From: Dehalococcoidia bacterium
GTDB lineage: Bacteria > Chloroflexota > Dehalococcoidia > Lucifugimonadales > JAGWBF01
NCBI GenBank assembly: GCA_965207935.1
Contig: CBDBNM010000002.1
Location: forward strand, 1,129,179 to 1,193,178
Reading direction: 5' to 3'
Length of the DNA stretch: 64,000 nucleotides
Positions 9,565 to 18,089 of this stretch are shown piece after piece (position 1 is the first letter of the stretch; the number at the start of each line of letters is the position of its first letter). The notes below the pieces were generated by a model. The model was not told where the DNA came from, searched no databases, and saw only the letters and a list, made by a program, of their open reading frames with translations. The translations under genes and the position numbers were made by a program.

Positions 9565-9831
9565 TTAGGAGGAACCGGGGGCTTGTAGGTTGTGGAGCTT
9601 GGCCATGAGGCGGGACTTCCTGCGGGCGGCGTTGTTCTTGTGGAGGATGCCCTTCGTAACGGCCTTGTCCAACGCGCGAATAGCTTGGGCCACTGCCGGC
9701 TCGGCGGCTTCGGCCTCGCCATCCCAGACAGCATCCAGCGCCTTTCCCATAAGAGTACGGGTTGTGGAGCGAACGTGGCGGTTCCTCAATCTACGCCTCT
9801 CGGCGGAGCGGGCTGACCTGGCGCTGGGCAA
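9565..9831 (-). CDS. rpsT: 30S ribosomal protein S20
   Basis: Track ORF 9565..9852. The likely start is the TTG at 9831, preceded by GGAGGA. The S20-like sequence is PSARSARSAERRRLRNRHVRS...HKNNAARRKSRL. Confidence 0.9.
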   Translation of the reverse strand: MPSARSARSAERRRLRNRHVRSTTRTLMGKALDAVWDGEAEAAEPAVAQAIRALDKAVTKGILHKNNAARRKSRLMAKLHNLQAPGSS

Positions 9832-9882
9832 AGCATCCTCCTCGGCAGTCAAAGCAAACTTTGGACATTATAGACTATTTCG

Positions 9883-12102
9883 TTAGCGGGGTGAAGGGGT
9901 TGGGGCGTCCGTGTTACTACGAGTTGCGCTGATCACCCCTCGCACACCCTCGAGCTTGTTGAACAGGCGGGCAAGCTGGTCCACCCCGGAGGTGTACAGG
10001 GTGAGGGAGATGGTAGCCGTGCCGTCGGAGTTCTCCGTCGTCACCACCGAAGCTATGTTCACCTTGTCGTCGGACACCAGGGTGGTGATGTCCTTCAGGA
10101 GGCCCACCCGGTCCCACGCTTGGATGTCCACCCTGACGGGATAGAGGGAACGGGCTTCTCCCCAGTCCACGCTCACCAGGCGCTCGGGCTCATCTTCGTT
10201 GCGCAGGTTGGGGCAGCCGGTCTTGTGCACCGTCACCCCTTGGGTGCGGGTGACGTACCCGATGATCTCCTCGCCGGGCAGAGGATTGCAGCACCTGCCC
10301 ATGCGGATGAGCAGGTCTCCCACACCCAGCACCTGGACGCCGGTGGTCGGGCTGGATATCGGCAGGTTGGACTGCGCCTTCTTGGTCGTCTTCTCCTGCT
10401 GGGTTGTGAGGCGGCCCACCAACTGCACCTCGGATATGTTCCCCGATCCCAGGGCAGCCAGAAAGTCCTCGGTGGAGTCGTAGCGGAAAGTCTTGGCGAC
10501 CTCATCCTCGTCCATGGTGACGTTCAGGCGCTTGAGCTCCTTGCGCAGCAGGTCGCCGCCCCGCTGAATATTTGCGCTCTTCTCCTGCCTCCGGAACCAC
10601 TGGCGCACCTTCTCCTTGGCGCTGGCAGACCGCAGGTATCCCAGGTTGGGATTGAGCCAGTCCAAGCTGGGCCCGCGGGCGACCTTGGTTGTCAGGATCT
10701 CGATGGTGTCCCCGTTCTGGAGCTGCCGGTCCAGGGACACCAGGCGCCCGTTGACCTTGCCTCCGATGCACCGGTGCCCCAGCTCGGTGTGTATCTTGTA
10801 GGCGAAGTCCAGGGGAGTGGACCCTGAAGGAAGCTCGACGATGTCGCCCTTGGGTGTATAGACGAACACCTGGTCCTTGAACAGGTCGGTCTTGACCGAT
10901 TCCAGGAACTCCTCGGTGCCGCTGACCTCCCGCTGCCAGTCCAGGAGCTGACGGAGCCAGGTCATCTTGTCTTCGAAGAGCACATCCCCGGAGCTGCCTT
11001 CCTTGTACCTCCAGTGGGCGGCCACGCCGTACTCGGCGACCTGGTGCATCTCGTAGGTGCGTATCTGCACCTCCAGGGGATTGCCTCCCTCGCACATAAC
11101 CGTCGTGTGCAGGGAGCGGTAGCGGTTGTCCTTGGGGCTCCCTATGTAGTCGTCGAACTGGCCCGGCATAGGGTGCCACAGGTCGTGCACCAGCCCCAGG
11201 GCGTTGTAGCAGTCGGCCTTGGACCTTACCAGTACCCGAACGGCGTACAGGTCGTGTATCTGGCTGAGCTCCATTCCCTGGGCTTGGTACTTCAGCATCT
11301 TCTTGTAGATGCTGTAGATGTGCTTGGGGCGGCCGACCACCTGGGCCTCCAGGTTGGCCAGCTCAAGCTGCTCCCGGAGCACATCCACCACGTTTTCGAT
11401 GTAGGACTCCCGCTCCTGCCTCCGGGCCGCCAGCATCTTGGAGATCTTGTGGTACAGGTCGTTTTCCAGGTGCCGGAAAGCCAAATCCTCCAGGCGCCAC
11501 TTGATGTTCCATATGCCCAGGCGGTGGGCGAGGGGGCCGTAAATGTCCAGGGTTTCCTGGGCTATTGCCCGGCGCCGCACCTCGGGCAGGGCGTCCAGGG
11601 TCTCCATGTTGTGGAGGCGGTCGGCCAGCTTGACCAGCACCACCCGGATATCCTCGGCCATAGCCACCAGCATCTTGCGCAGGCTCTCGGCCTGAATGCT
11701 GTCCTCGGTGGAGTTGGCAGAGCTTTCGTGGGCAAGGGTCTTGGCGTCCATACGGTTGAGCTTGCTGACCCCATCAACCAGCTTGGCCACATCATCGCCA
11801 AAGGCTTCCTTTATGTCGCCGTAGGTGACACCGCAGTCCTCCATGACATCGTGAAGAAGGGCGACAGCGATGGTGGTGACGTCGAGGCGCAGGTCTGCCA
11901 GGAAGAGGGCCGTTTCCAGGGGATGTTCTATGTAGGGGCCACCGGACATGCGGGTCTGTCCGGCGTGGCTCTCTGTGGCGAACTCGCAGGCTTTCTCCAC
12001 CACAGCCACCTTGTCGGCGGGCAGGTAGGTGCCAACCTTGGAGATCAGCTTTTCCGCGCTCTCTGCAACGGTCGTCATAAGACTTCCCTTGTAGCAAATC
12101 AT
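9883..12102 (-). CDS. relA: Bifunctional (p)ppGpp synthetase/hydrolase (RelA/SpoT family)
   Basis: 739 aa. HD hydrolase (HDVMEDC), RelA/SpoT synthetase (YRSLHTTV), then TGS and ACT regions in order. An alternative start at 12078 (MTTVAES) has AAGGGAAG upstream. Confidence 0.95.
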   Translation of the reverse strand: MICYKGSLMTTVAESAEKLISKVGTYLPADKVAVVEKACEFATESHAGQTRMSGGPYIEHPLETALFLADLRLDVTTIAVALLHDVMEDCGVTYGDIKEAFGDDVAKLVDGVSKLNRMDAKTLAHESSANSTEDSIQAESLRKMLVAMAEDIRVVLVKLADRLHNMETLDALPEVRRRAIAQETLDIYGPLAHRLGIWNIKWRLEDLAFRHLENDLYHKISKMLAARRQERESYIENVVDVLREQLELANLEAQVVGRPKHIYSIYKKMLKYQAQGMELSQIHDLYAVRVLVRSKADCYNALGLVHDLWHPMPGQFDDYIGSPKDNRYRSLHTTVMCEGGNPLEVQIRTYEMHQVAEYGVAAHWRYKEGSSGDVLFEDKMTWLRQLLDWQREVSGTEEFLESVKTDLFKDQVFVYTPKGDIVELPSGSTPLDFAYKIHTELGHRCIGGKVNGRLVSLDRQLQNGDTIEILTTKVARGPSLDWLNPNLGYLRSASAKEKVRQWFRRQEKSANIQRGGDLLRKELKRLNVTMDEDEVAKTFRYDSTEDFLAALGSGNISEVQLVGRLTTQQEKTTKKAQSNLPISSPTTGVQVLGVGDLLIRMGRCCNPLPGEEIIGYVTRTQGVTVHKTGCPNLRNEDEPERLVSVDWGEARSLYPVRVDIQAWDRVGLLKDITTLVSDDKVNIASVVTTENSDGTATISLTLYTSGVDQLARLFNKLEGVRGVISATRSNTDAPTPSPR

Positions 12103-12182
12103 AACCTTGGAGCACCGGGAAGTCTAGGAGGGCGGGACGTCCTTAAGTTGCGAGTCTGGAGGGTTGTTCAGCTCGCCGCGTA

Positions 12183-12211
12183 TTGACAGCCCAAAGCAGA
12201 CGGTTTATGAA
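12183..12211 (+). promoter_or_regulatory. Candidate promoter of the acidic-protein/PLD cassette
   Basis: TTGACA (12183-12188), a 17-nt spacer and TATGAA (12206-12211). GAGGAG (12225-12230) lies 9 nt before the ATG at 12240. Confidence 0.35.
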
Positions 12212-12239
12212 GGTCTAAATCGCCGAGGAGCTTGCTCAT

Positions 12240-12422
12240 ATGACCCTCTACCAGGTGGGCATAGAACGAACATTGGTGTGCTGGATCTTGGTCGATGCGG
12301 AGGATGAAACGGACGCCCAAAACCAGGCTGAAAATACTGATCCGTATGCCCTCGACTGGAAGGAGGCCCAATACGAGGTCTTTGAGGTCGAGGATATACT
12401 GGGTGAAATAAGACCTGTGTGA
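12240..12422 (+). CDS. Small hyper-acidic protein (60 aa), function unknown
   Basis: It has its own RBS. There are 15 Asp/Glu against 3 Lys/Arg. Its TGA (12420-12422) overlaps the GTG start (12419) of the next gene. No family was recognised. Confidence 0.55.
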   Translation: MTLYQVGIERTLVCWILVDAEDETDAQNQAENTDPYALDWKEAQYEVFEVEDILGEIRPV

Positions 12423-13237
12423 GCATCGTGGAAGTCGTTACAACTCCAACATTTGACTGGCTAGCTGACCGAATCTCTTCCTGCACGTCTCGAGTGCTCA
12501 TCGGGAGCCCATTCGTCAACGACGGCATTTTGTCGCTGACCAGTCTGGTATCCAGGAATGTCCCCCGGATTCTGATTACGCGAACCGACCTGCGAGACTT
12601 TGCTATGGGAGCCTCCAATCCTGGAACCCTTTGTAAGCTGGCGACGGATGGGGTAGACGTCCGCAGCTTGATCGACCTACACGCAAAGATATACGTGTTC
12701 GACGACAAATGGGCCTTGGTGACTTCTGCAAATGCGACGAACTCAGGGATGCGTCGCAACATTGAGTGCGGCTTGGCAACACAGGACAGGCGGGTGGTGA
12801 ACCGTCTAGCCAGGTCTTTGCTCAGGGGACTAGGGGCCGAAAGTCCTCCCAGAAGGATGAAACTGGAGAAACTAGAGGCCTTGCAAGCCCAAACTAAGAT
12901 GGTCAAGGCAACTGTTCTCTTGCCTAAGGTTACTGCGCCGCTGGGCGACTCCGTTGAGGCTGAGGCCACCTTTTCTATCGCCGACCCCAGAGCCTTCCTT
13001 CAATCCGACAGCGGTTGGCTGAGGCTTACCCTTCAAGGTGTGCTAGCGATGCCGGAGGAAAACTTTCAGTTGCAACAATTGATCTCCGAGTGTCAAGCCG
13101 AGGCATCGAGGCGGTACCCCAAGAATCAAAACGTAGAAGCGAAGCTCCGTCAGCAGTTGCAGGTGCTTCGGGATAAAGGCATAGTTGAATTTCTCGCGCC
13201 GGATCAGCCAGGTCACTATAGGCGCACGATGAGTTGA
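12419..13237 (+). CDS. Single-HKD phospholipase D-family (Nuc-like) nuclease with C-terminal winged-helix-like tail
   Basis: 272 aa. Complete HKD motif HAKIYVFDDKWALVTSAN (12680-12733). The C-terminus LRQQLQVLRDKGIVEFLAPDQPGHYRR looks wHTH-like. A/T-ending codons are more frequent than in the flanking genes. Confidence 0.8.
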   Translation: MSIVEVVTTPTFDWLADRISSCTSRVLIGSPFVNDGILSLTSLVSRNVPRILITRTDLRDFAMGASNPGTLCKLATDGVDVRSLIDLHAKIYVFDDKWALVTSANATNSGMRRNIECGLATQDRRVVNRLARSLLRGLGAESPPRRMKLEKLEALQAQTKMVKATVLLPKVTAPLGDSVEAEATFSIADPRAFLQSDSGWLRLTLQGVLAMPEENFQLQQLISECQAEASRRYPKNQNVEAKLRQQLQVLRDKGIVEFLAPDQPGHYRRTMS

Positions 13238-13319
13238 TGAGGACGCGCCTCTCTCGTATGGCCTGACCCTACTCTTCCTTTACACTCCGTTGGAAGCTGG
13301 GGTATTCTCCACCCTGAAA

Positions 13320-14585
13320 ATGGCTATGCAGCACCGGGCGCCCAGGGGAACGGCAGATATCCTGCCCTCGGACCAGAAGTACTGGCGGTACATCGAAGGT
13401 AAGGCCCGCGACCTGTCCCGCAGGTTCGGGTACTCCCGGCTGGACACCCCCGTCTTCGAGGACTCCGGCCTGTTTGTGCGCTCCGTGGGGGAAGGCACCG
13501 ACATCGTCGAAAAGGAGATGTACACCTTCCTCGACCGGGGCGGCGACTCCAACACCCTGCGCCCCGAAGGCACCGCGCCTGTGTGCAGGGCCTACCTGGA
13601 GCACGGAATGCAGAACCAGCCCCAGCCCGTGCGCATGTACTACTTCTGCCCGGTGTTCCGCTACGAACGTCCCCAGGCGGGGCGCTACCGGGAACACCAC
13701 CAGTTCGGGGTGGAGGCCCTGGGAGACGGCGACCCTTCCGTGGATGCTGAGATTGTGGAGCTGGCTTGGTCCCTGGTCGGCGCCTTGGGCTTGGAGGACA
13801 CATCCCTCCTGGTCAACAGCATCGGCGACAAAGAGTGCCGGCCCGCCTACATCGACAAGCTGAAGGAGCACTACACCCGGGCCAAGGACCAGCTCTGCCG
13901 GGACTGCGTTGACCGCCTGGACCGAAACCCCCTGAGGCTACTGGACTGCAAGCAGGCATCCTGCCAGGGACTGGGCATGGAGGCTCCCCGCTCGGTAGAC
14001 CACCTGTGCCCGGATTGCCAAACCCACTGGGAAAGCTTCCAGCGCTACCTGGACAGCATGGGATTGCCGTATAGAATCGACCACCACCTTGTGAGAGGGT
14101 TGGACTACTACACCCGCACAGTTTTCGAGATCCAGCCCAAGGAAGAGGGTGGGCAGAGCACCATACTGGGCGGCGGCCGGTACGATGGCCTAATCGAGCA
14201 GATAGGCGGGAAGCCGACTCCCGGCATAGGGTTCGCCACGGGCATGGAGCGCCTGGTGCTCAACCTGAAGCGGCAGGAGGTGCCCGTCCCCGACGAGCCG
14301 TCCCCCGACTACATGGTCATCAGCGCAGGTGAAGGCACCCGGGACGCCGCCCTGGAGCTGGCTGCCAGGATTCGCCGGGCCGGGAGCGGGGCCATCCTCA
14401 GCACAGCCGGCCGGGCCTTACGGGGCCAGCTCCGCCAAGCCAACGCTCTGGGAGTGCGCTACGCTGTCATCCTGGGGGAAGACGAAATCAGCAAGGGCGA
14501 GGTGACGCTGCGTGACATGACCAGCAGCGAGCAGGAGGCGGTCCCGGTGGACACCTTCCTGGCCAAGCTGGACTGCGGTCGGTAG
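13320..14585 (+). CDS. hisS: Histidine--tRNA ligase
   Basis: Track ORF from 13290. The ATG at 13320 gives MAMQHRAPRGTADILP. Class II motifs are present (LRPEGTAP, FRYERPQAGRYREHHQ, GGGRYDGL). Confidence 0.97.
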   Translation: MAMQHRAPRGTADILPSDQKYWRYIEGKARDLSRRFGYSRLDTPVFEDSGLFVRSVGEGTDIVEKEMYTFLDRGGDSNTLRPEGTAPVCRAYLEHGMQNQPQPVRMYYFCPVFRYERPQAGRYREHHQFGVEALGDGDPSVDAEIVELAWSLVGALGLEDTSLLVNSIGDKECRPAYIDKLKEHYTRAKDQLCRDCVDRLDRNPLRLLDCKQASCQGLGMEAPRSVDHLCPDCQTHWESFQRYLDSMGLPYRIDHHLVRGLDYYTRTVFEIQPKEEGGQSTILGGGRYDGLIEQIGGKPTPGIGFATGMERLVLNLKRQEVPVPDEPSPDYMVISAGEGTRDAALELAARIRRAGSGAILSTAGRALRGQLRQANALGVRYAVILGEDEISKGEVTLRDMTSSEQEAVPVDTFLAKLDCGR

Positions 14586-14592
14586 CAGACGC

Positions 14593-15393
14593 TTACCGCG
14601 CCGACGGAAAGTCCGGGTCTCGCTTCTCCTGCAGGGAATCCAGCCCTTCCTTCACATCGTCGCCGAAGAAGCCGAGCATCTCCAGGGACAGGGAGTAATC
14701 GAAGGAGGTGTGCTCTGCCATCCGCAGCCACTGGTTCAGAGCGCGCTTGGTCCACTGGATCGCCGGCTGGGGCCCGTTGGCCAGCTTCTGCGCCACCTGC
14801 ATAGCCGTCGGCATCAGCTCGTCGTGGGGCACCACCTTGCTCACCAAGCCGATGCGCTCGGCCTCCGTGCCGTCGAGGAAGTCGCAGGTGAGCAGGTAGT
14901 ACTTGGTCTTGGCCATCCCGCACAGCAGGGGCCATATCAGGCAGGCATGGTCTCCCGCCGCCACACCCAGGCGCACATGGCCGTCGGTGAACCGGGCTTT
15001 GTCCGATGCGATGGAGATGTCGGCCAAGAGGGCTACGGCCAAGCCCGCTCCCACCGCCACGCCGTTTATGGCGGACACGATGGGTTTGTCCAGGGCAACC
15101 ATGTTGTGGACGATGTCCCGGGCTTCCTTCATGCTCCTGGCAATCTCCTGGGAATTGCCCACCGTCCCCCGCAGCCCGTTCAGGTCCCCTCCGGCGGAGA
15201 AAGCCCGGCCCGCGCCGGTGATCAGGGCCACCCGCACCTCGGGGTCGTCGCCAATGTCCACCCATATGCGGCTCAGCTCATAGTGGAGCTGGGCATTGGT
15301 GGCGTTCAGCACATCGGGGCGGTCCATGGTCAGCAAGGCGATATTGTCTTTCACCTCCACCCGGAGGTGCTGGTAGCTTTCGTAGCCGGGCAT
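14593..15393 (-). CDS. Enoyl-CoA hydratase/isomerase (crotonase) family protein
   Basis: 266 aa. LTMDRPDVLNA and ITGAGRAFSAGGDL signatures. Confidence 0.9.
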   Translation of the reverse strand: MPGYESYQHLRVEVKDNIALLTMDRPDVLNATNAQLHYELSRIWVDIGDDPEVRVALITGAGRAFSAGGDLNGLRGTVGNSQEIARSMKEARDIVHNMVALDKPIVSAINGVAVGAGLAVALLADISIASDKARFTDGHVRLGVAAGDHACLIWPLLCGMAKTKYYLLTCDFLDGTEAERIGLVSKVVPHDELMPTAMQVAQKLANGPQPAIQWTKRALNQWLRMAEHTSFDYSLSLEMLGFFGDDVKEGLDSLQEKRDPDFPSAR

Positions 15394-15447
15394 AGCTGTC
15401 TTGCTCCTGTTGTTGGGATTTGTGTAATGGTTCTCGACCGATGAGGG

Positions 15448-16227
15448 TCAGAATTTGGGCTGCTCTTTGGCCTTGAAGGCGGCGATGCCCATAGCGGGAT
15501 GGGGCGAGGTGGCGGCGTGCTCGACGAAGTAGCTGGTCTCCCGGGCAATCCCTTCCTTCAGGCCGGTGCGGTCTCCCTCCAAGGCCAGTTTCTTGATCCG
15601 GGCAAGGGCATGCCTGCTCTTGTCCCTGAGGCCTGCCAGCAGGCCCTCCAGCTCCCCCTCCAGGGCGTCCACGGGTACCGCCCGAAGCACGAGCCCGGCT
15701 TGCGCAGCTTCAGCGCCTGTCAGCCAGCGTCCTGTAAAGAGCAGCTCCAATGCCCGCTGGCGCCCGACCCTGATCGGCAGGCGCTGGGTGGACCCTCCCC
15801 CCGGTATGAGGGCAAAGTTGATGTGCTGGTCCCCGATCCGGGCATCCTCGGCGGCGATGACAATGTCGCAGGCCAGAAGAATCTCCAGCCCGCCCGCGAG
15901 GGCGTAGCCGTGCACAACCCCGATGACGGGGATGGGCAGCTCCTCCAGGGCGAAGAGCATCTCGTTGAACCTGCCCAAGTACCCGGACAACGCCACCCGG
16001 TCCTCCAGGATGCCCTGCATGTAGGTGAGGTCGGCTCCCGCGCAGAAGGCCCTGCCCTCCCCCGACACCACCAGGGCCTTAACGTCGTCCATTGCCGAGA
16101 CGGAGGCGAGGGCTTCGATGACCTCCTCGATCATCGCCGGGTTCACGGCGTTCAGCTCGTCGGGGCGCGCCAGGGTCAGCCTGGCCACCCTGTCATCTGC
16201 TGCCAGCTTGATGCACTGGAAACTCAC
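15448..16227 (-). CDS. Enoyl-CoA hydratase/isomerase (crotonase) family protein
   Basis: 259 aa. LTLARPDELNA and VSGEGRAFCAGADL. Tandem paralogue of the preceding gene. Confidence 0.9.
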   Translation of the reverse strand: MSFQCIKLAADDRVARLTLARPDELNAVNPAMIEEVIEALASVSAMDDVKALVVSGEGRAFCAGADLTYMQGILEDRVALSGYLGRFNEMLFALEELPIPVIGVVHGYALAGGLEILLACDIVIAAEDARIGDQHINFALIPGGGSTQRLPIRVGRQRALELLFTGRWLTGAEAAQAGLVLRAVPVDALEGELEGLLAGLRDKSRHALARIKKLALEGDRTGLKEGIARETSYFVEHAATSPHPAMGIAAFKAKEQPKF

Positions 16228-16322
16228 ATTCCGGCTCCTCGTGGTTGCTTCCGAGCACCAAGTATAATGCTGTCGCGGGCCGCCACCAATGGCCTATTCA
16301 GGCCCGCGAGAGGTGAAGCGTC

Positions 16323-16757
16323 TTGGAAAACATGCACTTCAGCTGGGTGATTCCCGATGTCCTGGCCGGATCGCGAGGGCCGATGGGCCGGGAGGACCTG
16401 CTCTTCCTCAAAGCCCAGGGTGTGGGGGCGATCCTTCGCATGGAGGAGCGCACCATCTCGGGAGAAGGAGTCGGGCTGGTCGATATGGCCGAGTTCGTGC
16501 CGGACATGACACCGCCCCTGCCAACCCAGCTAAAGCGCATGCTGGCATTCATTCATGAACAGGTTGAGCAGGGGGTCGCCGTCGGCGTGTCTTGCTATGC
16601 CGGAATTGGACGGACTGGGACCGTGCTGGCGTGTTACCTGGTCGATGAAGGGTATGATGCCAGGGGAGCGGTGGAGCGCGTCCGCGAATTGAGACCCGGC
16701 TCCCTGCAGACCCCCTCCCAGGTGGCTGCGGTGTTCGACTACGAAGCTGGCCGCTAG
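16323..16757 (+). CDS. Dual-specificity / protein-tyrosine phosphatase-like protein
   Basis: 144 aa. CX5R P-loop VSCYAGIGRTG. The start may be the ATG at 16332 rather than the TTG at 16323. Confidence 0.8.
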   Translation: MENMHFSWVIPDVLAGSRGPMGREDLLFLKAQGVGAILRMEERTISGEGVGLVDMAEFVPDMTPPLPTQLKRMLAFIHEQVEQGVAVGVSCYAGIGRTGTVLACYLVDEGYDARGAVERVRELRPGSLQTPSQVAAVFDYEAGR

Positions 16758-16889
16758 CCTGTTCCGACCCCGTTCAAGGTAGGTCCGACAGCCTTGGGAT
16801 TTCTTGACGCTGTAGCTGGCCTGTGATTTACTAGACCCCGAAGCCCCCTAAGAATTCATGCCCTAACGAAGCTATCAAGATTCCGAGGG

Positions 16890-17981
16890 ATGGATGCCAT
16901 GCACTACGGTCTCACCATGGAATGCGATTACAGGTATGGCACTACCGCAGTAGATGCTTTCGATGAGGCTTTCGACCAGATGCAGGCTGCCGAGGACTGG
17001 GGGTTGGATGGGGTGTGGCTGGCCGAAAGACACTTTGCCGCGCCCAGGGCTGAGCTGGACCTGCAGGGCACCGGCATTCCGTCGGTGGTGTCGGCCCCGC
17101 TGATCATCGCCACGGCTATCGCCGCCCGCACCGAGCGCATCAAGGTCGGCGTGGCTGTGAACGTCCTCCCACTGGCCCATCCTGTCCGCATGGCCGAAGA
17201 GATAGCCACCCTTGACCATATCAGCCAGGGACGCTTCGAGTTCGGCGTTGGGCGCAGCGGCTTCGCCCGCGCGTACCAGGGCTACAACATCTCCTACGAT
17301 GAGAGCCGGGACCGGTTCCGTGAGTGCCTGGAGGTGATCCTGGCCGCGTGGAGCAACGAGTACTTCTCCTACGAGGGCCAGTACTACCAGTACCACGATG
17401 TCTGTGTGATACCCAAGCCCCTCCAGAAGCCCTACCCGATGCCTCGCATAGCGGCCACCACCAGGGAGACTTTCCCATTTGTGGGCAAGCAGGGATATCG
17501 TATCTTCGTTGGCCTGCGGGGGATGGATGTGCCCGAGCTTTCGGCGGCGCTCCAGACTTACAGGGATGCCTGGCATGAAGCTGGCCACGAGGGCGATGGG
17601 GATGTGATCCTGCGCATTCCGGTATATGTGGCTGACACTGGGGAAGCGGCCTTGTCGGAACCCATGGACAGCACCCTCCAGTCCTACAGGCGCCTTGGCG
17701 CCAACTACTCCAAGTCAACCAGCCTGCCCGGCGCAACCGCCAATGAAGACCGGGCTGGCCGAGGTGAGAAACTGGGGCAGATAACCTACGACGACCTGCT
17801 GAGGGACCGACTTGCCTACGGCACGCCTGATGAGGTGGCCACGAAGCTGAGACACCTGACGGAAGAGTTGAAGCTGTCGGGGGTGATAGCTGAGGTGAAC
17901 GTCGGAGGCAGAAACTCACGGGACCGGGTGCTCAACTCCATCAAGCTCTTTGCCCAGGAGGTGGTCCCCCAGTGCCGGTAA
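16890..17981 (+). CDS. LLM-class (luciferase-like) flavin-dependent oxidoreductase
   Basis: 363 aa. Typical LLM layout (WLAERHF..., HPVRMAEEIATLDHISQGRFEFGVG). Confidence 0.88.
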   Translation: MDAMHYGLTMECDYRYGTTAVDAFDEAFDQMQAAEDWGLDGVWLAERHFAAPRAELDLQGTGIPSVVSAPLIIATAIAARTERIKVGVAVNVLPLAHPVRMAEEIATLDHISQGRFEFGVGRSGFARAYQGYNISYDESRDRFRECLEVILAAWSNEYFSYEGQYYQYHDVCVIPKPLQKPYPMPRIAATTRETFPFVGKQGYRIFVGLRGMDVPELSAALQTYRDAWHEAGHEGDGDVILRIPVYVADTGEAALSEPMDSTLQSYRRLGANYSKSTSLPGATANEDRAGRGEKLGQITYDDLLRDRLAYGTPDEVATKLRHLTEELKLSGVIAEVNVGGRNSRDRVLNSIKLFAQEVVPQCR

Positions 17982-18030
17982 ATGGGGGTACTATCCCAAA
18001 GCACCCAGCTTCTTAAGGCCTAAGCAGTGT

Positions 18031-18067
18031 AAGATGAGACCAACGGCAGGGTCTCATCTTCTTTTTG
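18031..18067 (+). terminator. Rho-independent terminator
   Basis: 11-bp stem AAGATGAGACC / GGTCTCATCTT (18031-18041 / 18050-18060) with an 8-nt loop, followed by CTTTTT. Confidence 0.65.
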
Positions 18068-18089
18068 GCCCTGGGGCAGTCTCGAACCT

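Noticed and set aside
12205-12969. 254-aa minus-strand ORF covering the acidic-protein/PLD cassette.
   Set aside because: It is antisense to a gene with a complete HKD motif. Its product is S/R/P-rich with no motif and no RBS, so the plus-strand genes are preferred.
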